A stretch of DNA of 64,000 bases, from positions 276,319 through 340,318 of the forward strand of contig JAPLKG010000014.1 in assembly GCA_026388185.1 (NCBI GenBank), given 5' to 3'. Below, one piece after another: positions 1 through 9,116 of this stretch (its first letter is position 1; the number at the start of each line of letters is the position of its first letter). This DNA comes from Candidatus Eiseniibacteriota bacterium (GTDB taxonomy: Bacteria; Eisenbacteria; RBG-16-71-46; JAFGJU01). Position numbers and translations under genes: made by a program. Under the pieces are notes generated by a model, which had not been told where the DNA came from, made no database searches, and saw nothing but the letters and a program-made list of their open reading frames with translations.

Positions 1-3000
1 CTATTGTCTTCTCCTCTCCCGTCCCAACTCACCGTATGCACCCCTTGAAGCTCGCGGCCTTCTACCAATGTCTTCACAAGACGCCCTGATACGTCAAAAA
101 CCCGCACAAGCACGTGCGTGCCGTCCTCAGGCACCCCGTACTCTATCGTCGTCACCGGATTCATCGGGTTCGGATAGTTCTGAACGGCGTAGCCGGCGGC
201 CGGTGTGGCAAGAGTTCGCCCCGGCATTCTCAACGCAAACGGCATACCAGGATCCTGCGTGAGAAACGGTACCCAGTCCACCTTCCCGTAAAAGAGCATC
301 AGGAAATACGGATCGTCGGTCCCCCACCAGTTATACTCCGCCTTCACGCTGTCCGCCGTCCTGTTCATAACCCAGTAGCGACCCACAAGCTGACTGTCAG
401 TGAAGATCCGATTCACCCCAGAGTCAGGCTGCGCTCCCATGTCCGCATGCGCACTGTTCTTCACAACAACACCAAAATACGTGTAGTCGGTGATGCTGTT
501 CCTCTTAATCCCCACCTCCGCGCTTCCCTCTACGCTTATGCCAACTGTCCCGTTGTCCGCAAACACGTTCCGCTCCACTTGAAGATCGGAGCTACCGTAA
601 ACCTTCATCCCGGCAAGTACGTTCTCGATTCTGTTGTACGAAACCGATCCAGAAGTGATACCTGAGCTCTTGATCCCGTAGCGCAGACCCGAGGATGAGC
701 CGGTTATCACGTTGTGGTTCACGTCTACCACCAGGCAACTCAGTAGCTCAATGCCACTCACTCCGGTGCTACCAACGTCCAAAGTGTCGTAGCTGAGATA
801 CACGTCAGACTTGGAGATCTTGATCCCGTCGTTCGTGAAGTCCCTAAACACTCCGTGAGCCACCGTGAGACTTTCATACTCCGCCCGAAGCCCATTCTGG
901 AAGCCGGAAACGAAGACGTTCTCCACTGTGGTCCTACCCCTCACGGTCTCACTCACGCCGACCAGATCGATGCCGCACTCTCCGCCTCCCGCACTGCACC
1001 TAACACTGTCACCGACGAGCGTGTCAGCCAGGCAGTACTGCACGTAGATCCCGGTTGTTCCCGCGCCAGTCATGTCAAAACTCGACCCCTTCACCGAACA
1101 CGTGCACGCAAGAGCCCCAAAGAACTGAAGACCCGTGTTTGAGATATCCAGTAAGCGGCATCCATCGGCATACAGGTCCGTGTATGCACAGCGGAGCCCA
1201 TACTCGTGGTCCGACACGGTCACGCTGTCAAGACACAGCCCCACTGTCTCCATCACCCCGTAGCCCTTTATCCCGCACGTCAGACTATCTGCATCGCCGG
1301 AAATGGTCGTGGTACTGATGGAACCATGAGAACCCTGAGAAAGAAAAACCCCAACACTGTTCTTCCGAGAGACCCCGATGTCGCTACCCACGATCTCGAA
1401 TAATGAGCTTTCTCCGGATGCATTAAGACCATATTCCTCGCATCCCACCATTGAACAGTCGGTAAGATACGCGCTCGAAGCTTCGCCAGGCATATTGACA
1501 CCGCATCTCGGATGTCCTGCTATTGAGAAGTTATTGAGATGGGCGATCGCCCCTTGCCCCATCTCTACTCCCGCCTCTACGTTCTCGCCTTCGAGGCTAG
1601 TGTTAGTGACCTCGAGCACGCCGTCTACGCCAGTGAGGTCAATCCCGTAGTCTCCATCACCGCTTACCGTACAGTTCTCCAGTCTCACTTCCGCGTAGTC
1701 TCCCACGCGCACCCCGGTGTTGAGATCACAATTATCCAGAGTCAACGTCCCGTAGTCCGTTGCACGCACCCCGGTGTCGCTGTTGAAGCTTTCCAGAATG
1801 CTGTTCGAAGCCACTAACTCGCTCCCCACGCCTATGACGTCAATAACGTGCTCCGCACAACTAGTGATCCAACAACTGTCGAGTGCAACACTCCCGCTAT
1901 CGCTCACGATCACTCCCACGTCTCCATACTTGAGCGAACAGCACTTCATCTCCAGGTTCCCACTGCAATATATCCCTGCCCAGTCCCCAGGCTCTGGACT
2001 CTGCGCAGCCGGCACAAACCTGATAGGTTCGCCCGGGCTACCAACCGCATTCAGATCACCCGCCACTCGAAGGCTGCACGCCTCCGCAATGCTCACGTAC
2101 GTGCCGGGCTCAACAGCCAAGTCTGCACTCGCTTCAACTGTTACGTTTCCATTGACACGAATTGTGTCCATCCAGATAAAGTCGCCCGAAATAGAGCCAT
2201 GAGTCCAATACGGCACCACCTCGTAGGCATATCTGTAGTCCCACTCACTGTAATCATCCCCGCTCGGGTCGGGATCCCGGCCCGTTAGGCCCAGGATCAC
2301 CAAGGCAGCCTTCACCGAGTCGCCGAACTCTTCCACCGCAATGTTCACCTGCCCGCTACCAGCAGGCACATCAAGCTTCTTGACGTCAATCACGTCCTCC
2401 CCAGACTGAAACACGTGCTCCGCCGAGGAATAGGTGATGACAGATACCTGAAGCCTCTGCCCATACGGACCAAGCGGGAGCACGTCGTCCTGGCCTTCGG
2501 GTTGCCGCACAAAAACCTTGAGACTACAGGGACCGTCTGATCCGCTCTGAAAGTTGTACGTCGACTTAAACAGAATATAGTCGGCGCCCCAGGCACGTAG
2601 TGTGATGCTCGTATCAGCCGCTGGTGGCCCCGTCCATAGCGAATCGCTAGGATGACGGTATTGCGTAACCCATGCCCCACGATTAACCCACGTGCTGTCC
2701 AGCACATGCTCGTTCGGCAGAACCCCCGAGTTCGGAGCTCCAAGATCGATGTCTCTGAATAGACCCAGATCCTGGTAGGGACTAAAACCACGACCAAAAC
2801 CAAGCGTAACCGAATCGCCGGGAGCAATTCTTGTCGTGTCATCCAGTGCCTTAGCTATGGACCAATCCTGGAACAGAGCACAGAGTTTGCCCATACGCGT
2901 GCTATCCCCAGGAGCCAGCTTCGTGTGCCACGGCTTTGTAGGATCAATCAAGACTTCGCCGAGCTGGTACATACCCCGATCCGCAGTGTAAGACTGAGTA

Positions 3001-3977
3001 ACTGCTCTCAACCACTGATAGAGAAGATCGTCCTCATAACTCGACTCGTCAGTGTTGAATTGCTGCAATAGATAGACTGCAAACAACCTCCACATCCCGT
3101 ACGGATTAAGGGCATCGTAGCCCTGCCCAAGAAGGCTTTGGCCACACGGAAGGTCGTACTGGAGCTGCCACAAGTAGCTGCTGTCCGGCGCCACGCCAGA
3201 AAGATACTCCGCTGCCGTTGAGAAGAACTCGTTCGGCCAGCCTGTGCTCTGCATGCCTGTATTTGAGCGAAAACACATGTGCTGGTACTCATGATTAAAC
3301 CTCAGATTGCAGGCCCTGCCTGACTTGTACCAATTGGGATTCCCCGCGTCTAACCCGTAGGGGCCATCGTAACCCTGAAGGCTGTTAAAGTGGTAGGCTG
3401 TGATCGTGCTTGTACTGTCCTCGTCCCAGTCCCAGAAACCTGATGGATACAGTCCAACACACGTGGTCCAATCACCCGGCAACTCGGCCTCGTTACCGGC
3501 AAGATAAAAGTCAACGTGGTTCTCCTCTGATGAGTCGGGATAGCCGAGATTGAAAAGGACGTTCGACGGATCCTCCCCGGGCCGCTGGCCATACGGATAA
3601 TCCGGCCGCGCAAAATAGTTGTAGATGAGTGCAAAATCGTGATAGGGTAGACCGAATTCATTATCCCACAGTCCGTCAAGCTCCCAGAGTAAATCATCCA
3701 CTGCCTGCTCCGTGTCTCCCACTACTGCTCCGATCCTCGACAGAACCACAGGTGAAAGCAGAAGATTGAAGTCATACTGGATCCGTTCCTCGCTCGAATG
3801 GTGATACGGAGCGAAGTTGAATGTCGTATCTATTGTTGCTTCGCTAGACTGAGGACCCGCCGGGAAGGTGATCCCGGTACCGTGTCCTCCAATAGCCAGG
3901 AGACTCGGAGGAAAAAGAAGGAAAATCGCGACAACAAGCAGAAACAAAGCAAATATCAGTGCACCTCGCCTGTACAT
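1..3977 (-). CDS. Large secreted protein (at least 1325 aa, 3'-partial): HExxH metallopeptidase-like N-terminus, parallel beta-helix repeats, C-terminal FlgD-Ig/T9SS-like domain
   Basis: Not in the ORF track because there is no stop in the window. ATG at 3977 follows GGAGG. Signal peptide MYRRGALIFALFLLVVAIF; HEYQH...WPNE at about 3293-3230; ends QNYPNPMNPVTTIEYGVP...FDVSGRLVKTLV...WDGR. Same frame at both ends. Confidence 0.85.
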   Translation of the reverse strand, partial: MYRRGALIFALFLLVVAIFLLFPPSLLAIGGHGTGITFPAGPQSSEATIDTTFNFAPYHHSSEERIQYDFNLLLSPVVLSRIGAVVGDTEQAVDDLLWELDGLWDNEFGLPYHDFALIYNYFARPDYPYGQRPGEDPSNVLFNLGYPDSSEENHVDFYLAGNEAELPGDWTTCVGLYPSGFWDWDEDSTSTITAYHFNSLQGYDGPYGLDAGNPNWYKSGRACNLRFNHEYQHMCFRSNTGMQSTGWPNEFFSTAAEYLSGVAPDSSYLWQLQYDLPCGQSLLGQGYDALNPYGMWRLFAVYLLQQFNTDESSYEDDLLYQWLRAVTQSYTADRGMYQLGEVLIDPTKPWHTKLAPGDSTRMGKLCALFQDWSIAKALDDTTRIAPGDSVTLGFGRGFSPYQDLGLFRDIDLGAPNSGVLPNEHVLDSTWVNRGAWVTQYRHPSDSLWTGPPAADTSITLRAWGADYILFKSTYNFQSGSDGPCSLKVFVRQPEGQDDVLPLGPYGQRLQVSVITYSSAEHVFQSGEDVIDVKKLDVPAGSGQVNIAVEEFGDSVKAALVILGLTGRDPDPSGDDYSEWDYRYAYEVVPYWTHGSISGDFIWMDTIRVNGNVTVEASADLAVEPGTYVSIAEACSLRVAGDLNAVGSPGEPIRFVPAAQSPEPGDWAGIYCSGNLEMKCCSLKYGDVGVIVSDSGSVALDSCWITSCAEHVIDVIGVGSELVASNSILESFNSDTGVRATDYGTLTLDNCDLNTGVRVGDYAEVRLENCTVSGDGDYGIDLTGVDGVLEVTNTSLEGENVEAGVEMGQGAIAHLNNFSIAGHPRCGVNMPGEASSAYLTDCSMVGCEEYGLNASGESSLFEIVGSDIGVSRKNSVGVFLSQGSHGSISTTTISGDADSLTCGIKGYGVMETVGLCLDSVTVSDHEYGLRCAYTDLYADGCRLLDISNTGLQFFGALACTCSVKGSSFDMTGAGTTGIYVQYCLADTLVGDSVRCSAGGGECGIDLVGVSETVRGRTTVENVFVSGFQNGLRAEYESLTVAHGVFRDFTNDGIKISKSDVYLSYDTLDVGSTGVSGIELLSCLVVDVNHNVITGSSSGLRYGIKSSGITSGSVSYNRIENVLAGMKVYGSSDLQVERNVFADNGTVGISVEGSAEVGIKRNSITDYTYFGVVVKNSAHADMGAQPDSGVNRIFTDSQLVGRYWVMNRTADSVKAEYNWWGTDDPYFLMLFYGKVDWVPFLTQDPGMPFALRMPGRTLATPAAGYAVQNYPNPMNPVTTIEYGVPEDGTHVLVRVFDVSGRLVKTLVEGRELQGVHTVSWDGRGEDN

Positions 3978-4036
3978 GACTGCCCCCTCCTGTCAGCGCG
4001 CGACCTGTCAGCTATAACAATCGATGTGAAAACCTG

Positions 4037-5950
4037 TCAGCGCAATACAACTAACTTCTGGACGCCACCTCTGGCACGCCCTCCTGCCAAGAAACGAGCA
4101 AAGTAGACCCCGGGTCTCACCTCCTTACCCTTCTCGTCCCTTCCGTCCCACAATACCTCTCCCTCTCCCCCAGGACACTCTATGCGCCTCACTAACCTCC
4201 CGGATATATCCATAACCTCGAACTCCGCCTCTCTCCTGGCCCCCGCGTAATAACCCAACATGAAACCCACACCTGACGGATTGGGCCTCACTCCAATAAA
4301 ACCTGCTCTCGTACCTCCCTCACACGGCTTCACCAACACCGGTCCCGCTTCCTCGCACAACTCCACAAAAGGCGACTCTACGTCCAACCAGTATCGATAC
4401 CTCCTGCCCAACTCCACCGTGCTGTCTACAAAACTCTCAACGTCCACCAATGGCTCTACCGTGTACACCAGCTCCCTCTCCCCCTCTGCATCAGGCTCTC
4501 CACAACCACCTGCGTCTGCACGATACACCTCGAACCTCACCTGCCCCCGACAGCTCCACTCAACCACCACCCGCTCTCCCTCTACACGAGCGCTGAAACC
4601 CTTGACCCACGGCTCGTACAGAAAATCATCAGAATACCGAGCCCAAATGTCATAGTCGCTCCCACTGGGACCACCGCTCCGCCTCCACACTACCCACACC
4701 CTACCTCCTCCTACACCCACGTCCGGCCACCCATCTAGTGCCACAAGCTCGCTGTCAGGCTCCGTCACCAACTCCTCCCCCTTCCACCAGCAACCCGACC
4801 AACGGCTTATGTACACGTCCCCACGATACACGTTGTTATGATCTTCCCTCGGCCACACTACTACAGGCCCACCGTCCACAGTGCCGCTCATCATGGGCTT
4901 GTAGTCCCACTCACTCGGAACTGCGTGAGGTAACGGTATGGGACCGCTGATACTCCAGCCCTCACCATCCCAAAAAGCTCCACGAATATCGGAAGTGCTG
5001 TCAAGGTACACTATCCAGGGGCCCTCACCGCCGCTGAAACATATCGAAGGACCACGGCCCTTAATGGAGAGAAGGGACTCCGACCAACCTGTGTCACCCC
5101 GATAGATGCAGTGAAGCGTATCTATATAGTCCATCGCTTGCCATACAACCCAAGGTACACCTGCGTCAAACACCGCTATGTCTGGATACCCGTCCTGAAT
5201 CTCCGGATGATCTATGTGCTCCAATGATGACCATATCCCATCCACACGACTGCGGAAGAAGAGATCGTAGTCATACTTCGTCCCCCTCTTCACAGGGGTG
5301 CTTATCACCCCCCAAACCAACATCGTGTCCACGCACGCCATCTCATAGATCTGTCCTTCCCCGCCTCCCGCATACAGCGTCTCGGGCTCACACCAGCCTG
5401 CACCGGCCCAGTGCGTCGTCAACACGTCACAGTAAGGCGACGTCCCTCCTCGATACCGCTCCCAAATCACCCACGGAATGCCATCTCCCCCAATCGACGC
5501 TCCCCCCAACCATGCATCCTTCTGCACATTGTCCGGGTGCACCCTCTCCTCGGGCGTCCAACCATCCCCTGTCCAACGAGAGTACATAATCTCAAAATCA
5601 CCCTGACTAGCGTCAATACCCATCCAAAACACCCAAGCCGTCCCCACACTGTCAACTACCACCCTTACGCTCAAGTCGTCAGAGGTATCCTCCACATTAA
5701 CCTGCATCTCAGGACTCCACATGGCTGCAAAAACGGAAGATGCTGTTGAAAGGAGAAAAGCGCAAGACAGAACAGAGGTTGTCAAGAGCAGTACTGTGCG
5801 GTCGAGCAGATGTGTGCGGCTAACACCGCGGCCAAGCCAGCGGTCACGCCCACGGCCGTGATCGCCTCTGGAACCCAGCCTCCCGCCTTGCCTGCGTGAA
5901 ATAGCCCCCTCACGAGCGGACCACATGTCACAAACCTCGAGTGAAACCAA
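4037..5950 (-). CDS. Secreted beta-rich repeat protein with C-terminal FlgD-Ig-like domain (start uncertain)
   Basis: Hydrophobic signal segment; repeated W-V-x-W / W-x-G-x-x-W motifs; ends PNPS...DISGRLVR...WDGRDEKG...PGVYF...KLVVLR. Confidence 0.8.
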   Translation of the reverse strand: MVSLEVCDMWSAREGAISRRQGGRLGSRGDHGRGRDRWLGRGVSRTHLLDRTVLLLTTSVLSCAFLLSTASSVFAAMWSPEMQVNVEDTSDDLSVRVVVDSVGTAWVFWMGIDASQGDFEIMYSRWTGDGWTPEERVHPDNVQKDAWLGGASIGGDGIPWVIWERYRGGTSPYCDVLTTHWAGAGWCEPETLYAGGGEGQIYEMACVDTMLVWGVISTPVKRGTKYDYDLFFRSRVDGIWSSLEHIDHPEIQDGYPDIAVFDAGVPWVVWQAMDYIDTLHCIYRGDTGWSESLLSIKGRGPSICFSGGEGPWIVYLDSTSDIRGAFWDGEGWSISGPIPLPHAVPSEWDYKPMMSGTVDGGPVVVWPREDHNNVYRGDVYISRWSGCWWKGEELVTEPDSELVALDGWPDVGVGGGRVWVVWRRSGGPSGSDYDIWARYSDDFLYEPWVKGFSARVEGERVVVEWSCRGQVRFEVYRADAGGCGEPDAEGERELVYTVEPLVDVESFVDSTVELGRRYRYWLDVESPFVELCEEAGPVLVKPCEGGTRAGFIGVRPNPSGVGFMLGYYAGARREAEFEVMDISGRLVRRIECPGGEGEVLWDGRDEKGKEVRPGVYFARFLAGGRARGGVQKLVVLR

Positions 5951-6201
5951 TGCACACTCCGCCGTAAATCAAACTTCTGCCGCAGCACAAAGCTAGCGCT
6001 CCCACCGCTCTCTGTCAACACATTTCTGAGAGTACAGGATGACCCCGCATTGACCGTGCTGTGCCTTGCGAACGCATAACGCGGGCGGCCAATTGGGATG
6101 TCTTACCACACGCCGATGTGCGTTGACACGACAGCGGTAGCGTTGGATAATCGCTTGAGGCCGGCGAAAACAGAGGCCGCGACGGAGACTGAACCCGAAA
6201 A

Positions 6202-7128
6202 ATGGACCCGATGCCGACAATGTCACAATCGCGCAGGGAACTTCTCAAAGAGAAGCTCGGCGAGCTCTATCTGAGCTACGATGCAGGTTATGTAGACTCG
6301 GACCCTATCCAATTTCCACACAGGTACGGCGACGCTCGTGACAAGGAGGTAGCCGGCTTCATTGCTTCCGCACTTGCGTACGGAAGTGTCGCGACGATCA
6401 AGAAAGACTTGGAGATAGTATTCACAGTCCTGGGGGCCGATCCATACGATGCAGTGCTCACGGCAAGACCCAACGAATTGCTCTCTGCTCTCGGGGGATT
6501 CAAGCATCGCTTCACCACCGCCAGGCACCTGGCCTGGTTTCTTCTCGCTACAAAGGAAATCCTGTCCAAGCACGGGAGTCTCAAAGCGTTCTTTCTCGAG
6601 GGATACTCGAAAGACGCGCCGACTATCAGGGATTCCTTGGGTTCTTTCGCGGGAAGGTTCCTTCGATACGGAGGCCGGACGATTTATCGCAGCGTTGAGG
6701 ATGCGCGAGACGACGGGGCGCTCTTTCTTGTCCCCTCGCCACTGACCGGCAGCGCCTGCAAGCGGCTCAACCTTTTCCTCCGGTGGATGGTTAGGACCGC
6801 CGACAAAATCGATTTTGGCCTCTGGCCGGAGGTAAGTCCTTCGCAGCTTGTGATTCCTCTCGATACTCATGTGGCTCGTCTTTCTCATTACTTGGGACTT
6901 ACGAGGCGCAAAACGAGCGATTGGAAGACGGCGGAGGAGATCACGCAAGCCCTCAAGACGCTTGACCCGCGGGATCCTTTGAAATATGATTTCTCTCTTA
7001 CGAGACTCGGTATTCTGCGGGACTGCGTGGTCAGGAAGAATGACACAAAATGCAGAGAATGTCTGCTTGTCGGGATTTGTGAAAGAGGAGCCGCAGTCGC
7101 GAGAGGAAGGGCGCAGGGAGCGAGCTGA
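6202..7128 (+). CDS. TIGR02757/DUF2400 family protein (HhH-like, C-terminal Cys cluster)
   Basis: DPIQFPHRY, SACKRLNLFLRWMVR, PLDTHV, DPLKYDFSL motifs; C-x8-C-x2-C-x5-C tail. Confidence 0.9.
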   Translation: MDPMPTMSQSRRELLKEKLGELYLSYDAGYVDSDPIQFPHRYGDARDKEVAGFIASALAYGSVATIKKDLEIVFTVLGADPYDAVLTARPNELLSALGGFKHRFTTARHLAWFLLATKEILSKHGSLKAFFLEGYSKDAPTIRDSLGSFAGRFLRYGGRTIYRSVEDARDDGALFLVPSPLTGSACKRLNLFLRWMVRTADKIDFGLWPEVSPSQLVIPLDTHVARLSHYLGLTRRKTSDWKTAEEITQALKTLDPRDPLKYDFSLTRLGILRDCVVRKNDTKCRECLLVGICERGAAVARGRAQGAS

Positions 7129-7165
7129 GGGACGTTCGGGCAGCTAATCGGGAGAAAAACCTCGT

Positions 7166-7819
7166 ATGAATTCTCTTGCAAGGTTCTTGAGACACAGTTT
7201 CCTCGCGGGGATCCTCGTGATAGTCCCTCTGGGCGTGACCTATCTCATCCTGAAACTGGTGTTCAATGCCGTTGACAACATCCTGGCCCCATACATCGAA
7301 CGGCTTATCGGACTTGACATTCCAGGGCTCGGCGTTGCCGCTACGATAGTGCTGGTGTTTCTGGCGGGGCTGGTTGCGACAAACGTTCTTGGGAAGACGC
7401 TGCTCAACTATTTTCACAGGGGTGTGTCAAAGATTCCCGTGGTGGGTAGTGTGTACGTTTCCGCAAAGCAGGTGATAGAGGCTCTCGGCACGGCCGACAC
7501 ACAGTCTTTCAAGAGGGTAGTGTTCATTGAGTATCCTAGGAATGGACTTCTAATGATGGGTTTTGTTACCAGGGAGCACTACGCGGTCATTGACAAACAA
7601 GGAAACAAAACCGAGGTAATAAACGTCTTTCTTCCGACCACCCCAAACCCAACAACGGGCTTTCTCGTTGTATGTAGGTCGTCGGACGCCATAAGGGCAG
7701 GCATCACCGTGGAGCAGGGAATAAAGCTGGTCGTTTCCGGGGGTATAGTTGCGCCCCCAGAGCCACTCATGGTCGAGAGCACCGAAGCGCTGCTGAGAGA
7801 GAACGAAACGTCCGCGTGA
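7166..7819 (+). CDS. DUF502 membrane protein
   Basis: Two N-terminal TM helices; IEYPR and FLPTTPNPTTGFL motifs. Confidence 0.9.
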   Translation: MNSLARFLRHSFLAGILVIVPLGVTYLILKLVFNAVDNILAPYIERLIGLDIPGLGVAATIVLVFLAGLVATNVLGKTLLNYFHRGVSKIPVVGSVYVSAKQVIEALGTADTQSFKRVVFIEYPRNGLLMMGFVTREHYAVIDKQGNKTEVINVFLPTTPNPTTGFLVVCRSSDAIRAGITVEQGIKLVVSGGIVAPPEPLMVESTEALLRENETSA

Positions 7820-7915
7820 CGCTACGACCACGTTCCCGCTGATAGCCGCCGCTGATTGGGTCGCGCGACGCCGCACCGCGCTTCCCTGCGACCCGCCCCC
7901 AAGCTTTGAATCGCC

Positions 7916-8956
7916 CTACTTTTTTTCTGCCGGCCGCTCTGCCGCCAGTTCCGAAAGTATCTTCTCGTATCTCGGGTCAGACCTCACGTTGTTGAGGTCT
8001 GAGTCCGTGCGAGCCAAAGAACCCAATTTGGGGCTGAGTCTCAAAGCTATTTCCAGTTCCTTGAGGCTATTGTCAGCGTCACCGGCCAGCGACAAGAAGC
8101 AGGCGAGGTCGTAGTGCGCGTCGCCGTAGTCTGGTCTATATTCTACTGCTTTCCTGGCTGCTTCCACTGCTTCCTTGTACTTGCCTTGACCGTAAAGAGC
8201 GCTAGCTTCGTTCAGTCTTGACATGGCATGTTGAATCTTGAGAAGCCTGCCCAGTTCCTTAATCGGTTCGGAGTTATCGTCTACTCTCAGGTCAATATAG
8301 CGGTCGTTGAATCCTGCATATCCGCCGCTATCTCTGACCACAAAGAGCGCGGCAGATTGCTGACCCCTTGAGTCTCCACCGGCGGACTGTCCGGCTTCGA
8401 GCGCGGCCAGGAGTCTGTCGGCCAGCTCACCTTTCGCTTTCTCGAATGCCTCGCCCATTGCCGCCACAACCTGCTCGCTGACAAGTATGTTTCCCTGCGC
8501 CGAGTAGTGCGTACCGGTTTTCCCGCCGGCCCAGGGATTGCAGCCCTTTCCGGTGTACGTGGCCGCGTTTCCCTCTGCGTCCACAATACCAACCTGACGC
8601 CTGTCTCTTCCTTCGTCCGCGGACGTGAGTGCTTCAATGACTTCGGCCGGAGTTTTTCCGCTTGCCAGGAGCTCAAGGCCTTTCGGACCGTAAGTGGTGT
8701 TACCAAACGCCTGCGTGGCGATTGCACCGACACCGGCCTTGGCCCACGGCACAACGGAGCCGACCGCGAAAAACTTGGACTCTACCGCCACGCCCAGGTC
8801 CTTCGTCTCCGGGTCGTAGGCTACGATGGAAAACGTAGCCACGGGTACCTGATGAAAGGGAGGCGCAGGCAGAATGGCCGGCGCCATCGCAGGAGCCAGA
8901 ACGGCCACAATTGCAGAGACCAAGACCAAGAGTGTGAAAAGTGAACAGCGTGACAT
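7916..8956 (-). CDS. DUF1028 domain protein (Ntn-hydrolase-like) with signal peptide and C-terminal TPR
   Basis: TFSIVAYD...GVAVES, QGNIL, GGDSRGQQSAAL, DLRVDD motifs; start moved to ATG 8956 after GGAGG. Confidence 0.9.
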   Translation of the reverse strand: MSRCSLFTLLVLVSAIVAVLAPAMAPAILPAPPFHQVPVATFSIVAYDPETKDLGVAVESKFFAVGSVVPWAKAGVGAIATQAFGNTTYGPKGLELLASGKTPAEVIEALTSADEGRDRRQVGIVDAEGNAATYTGKGCNPWAGGKTGTHYSAQGNILVSEQVVAAMGEAFEKAKGELADRLLAALEAGQSAGGDSRGQQSAALFVVRDSGGYAGFNDRYIDLRVDDNSEPIKELGRLLKIQHAMSRLNEASALYGQGKYKEAVEAARKAVEYRPDYGDAHYDLACFLSLAGDADNSLKELEIALRLSPKLGSLARTDSDLNNVRSDPRYEKILSELAAERPAEKK

Positions 8957-9116
8957 TTTGCCTCCCTCCTCGAACGGGGCCATGAATCGACGGTGGCGGC
9001 GAGTCTGTCTGGAACCTGCCGAAAAAGTTAACAAACAGCGGGAGCCGGGTCAACATGCTTTTGCCGGTCGGAGCGAAAGTCGCTGCGTCTCTGCGCGTGT
9101 ACTCAGGCATGCATCT

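Noticed and set aside
68-4106. Many short ORFs on both strands in the ORF track
   Set aside because: Shadows of the long minus-strand ORF at 1-3977; no motifs of their own.
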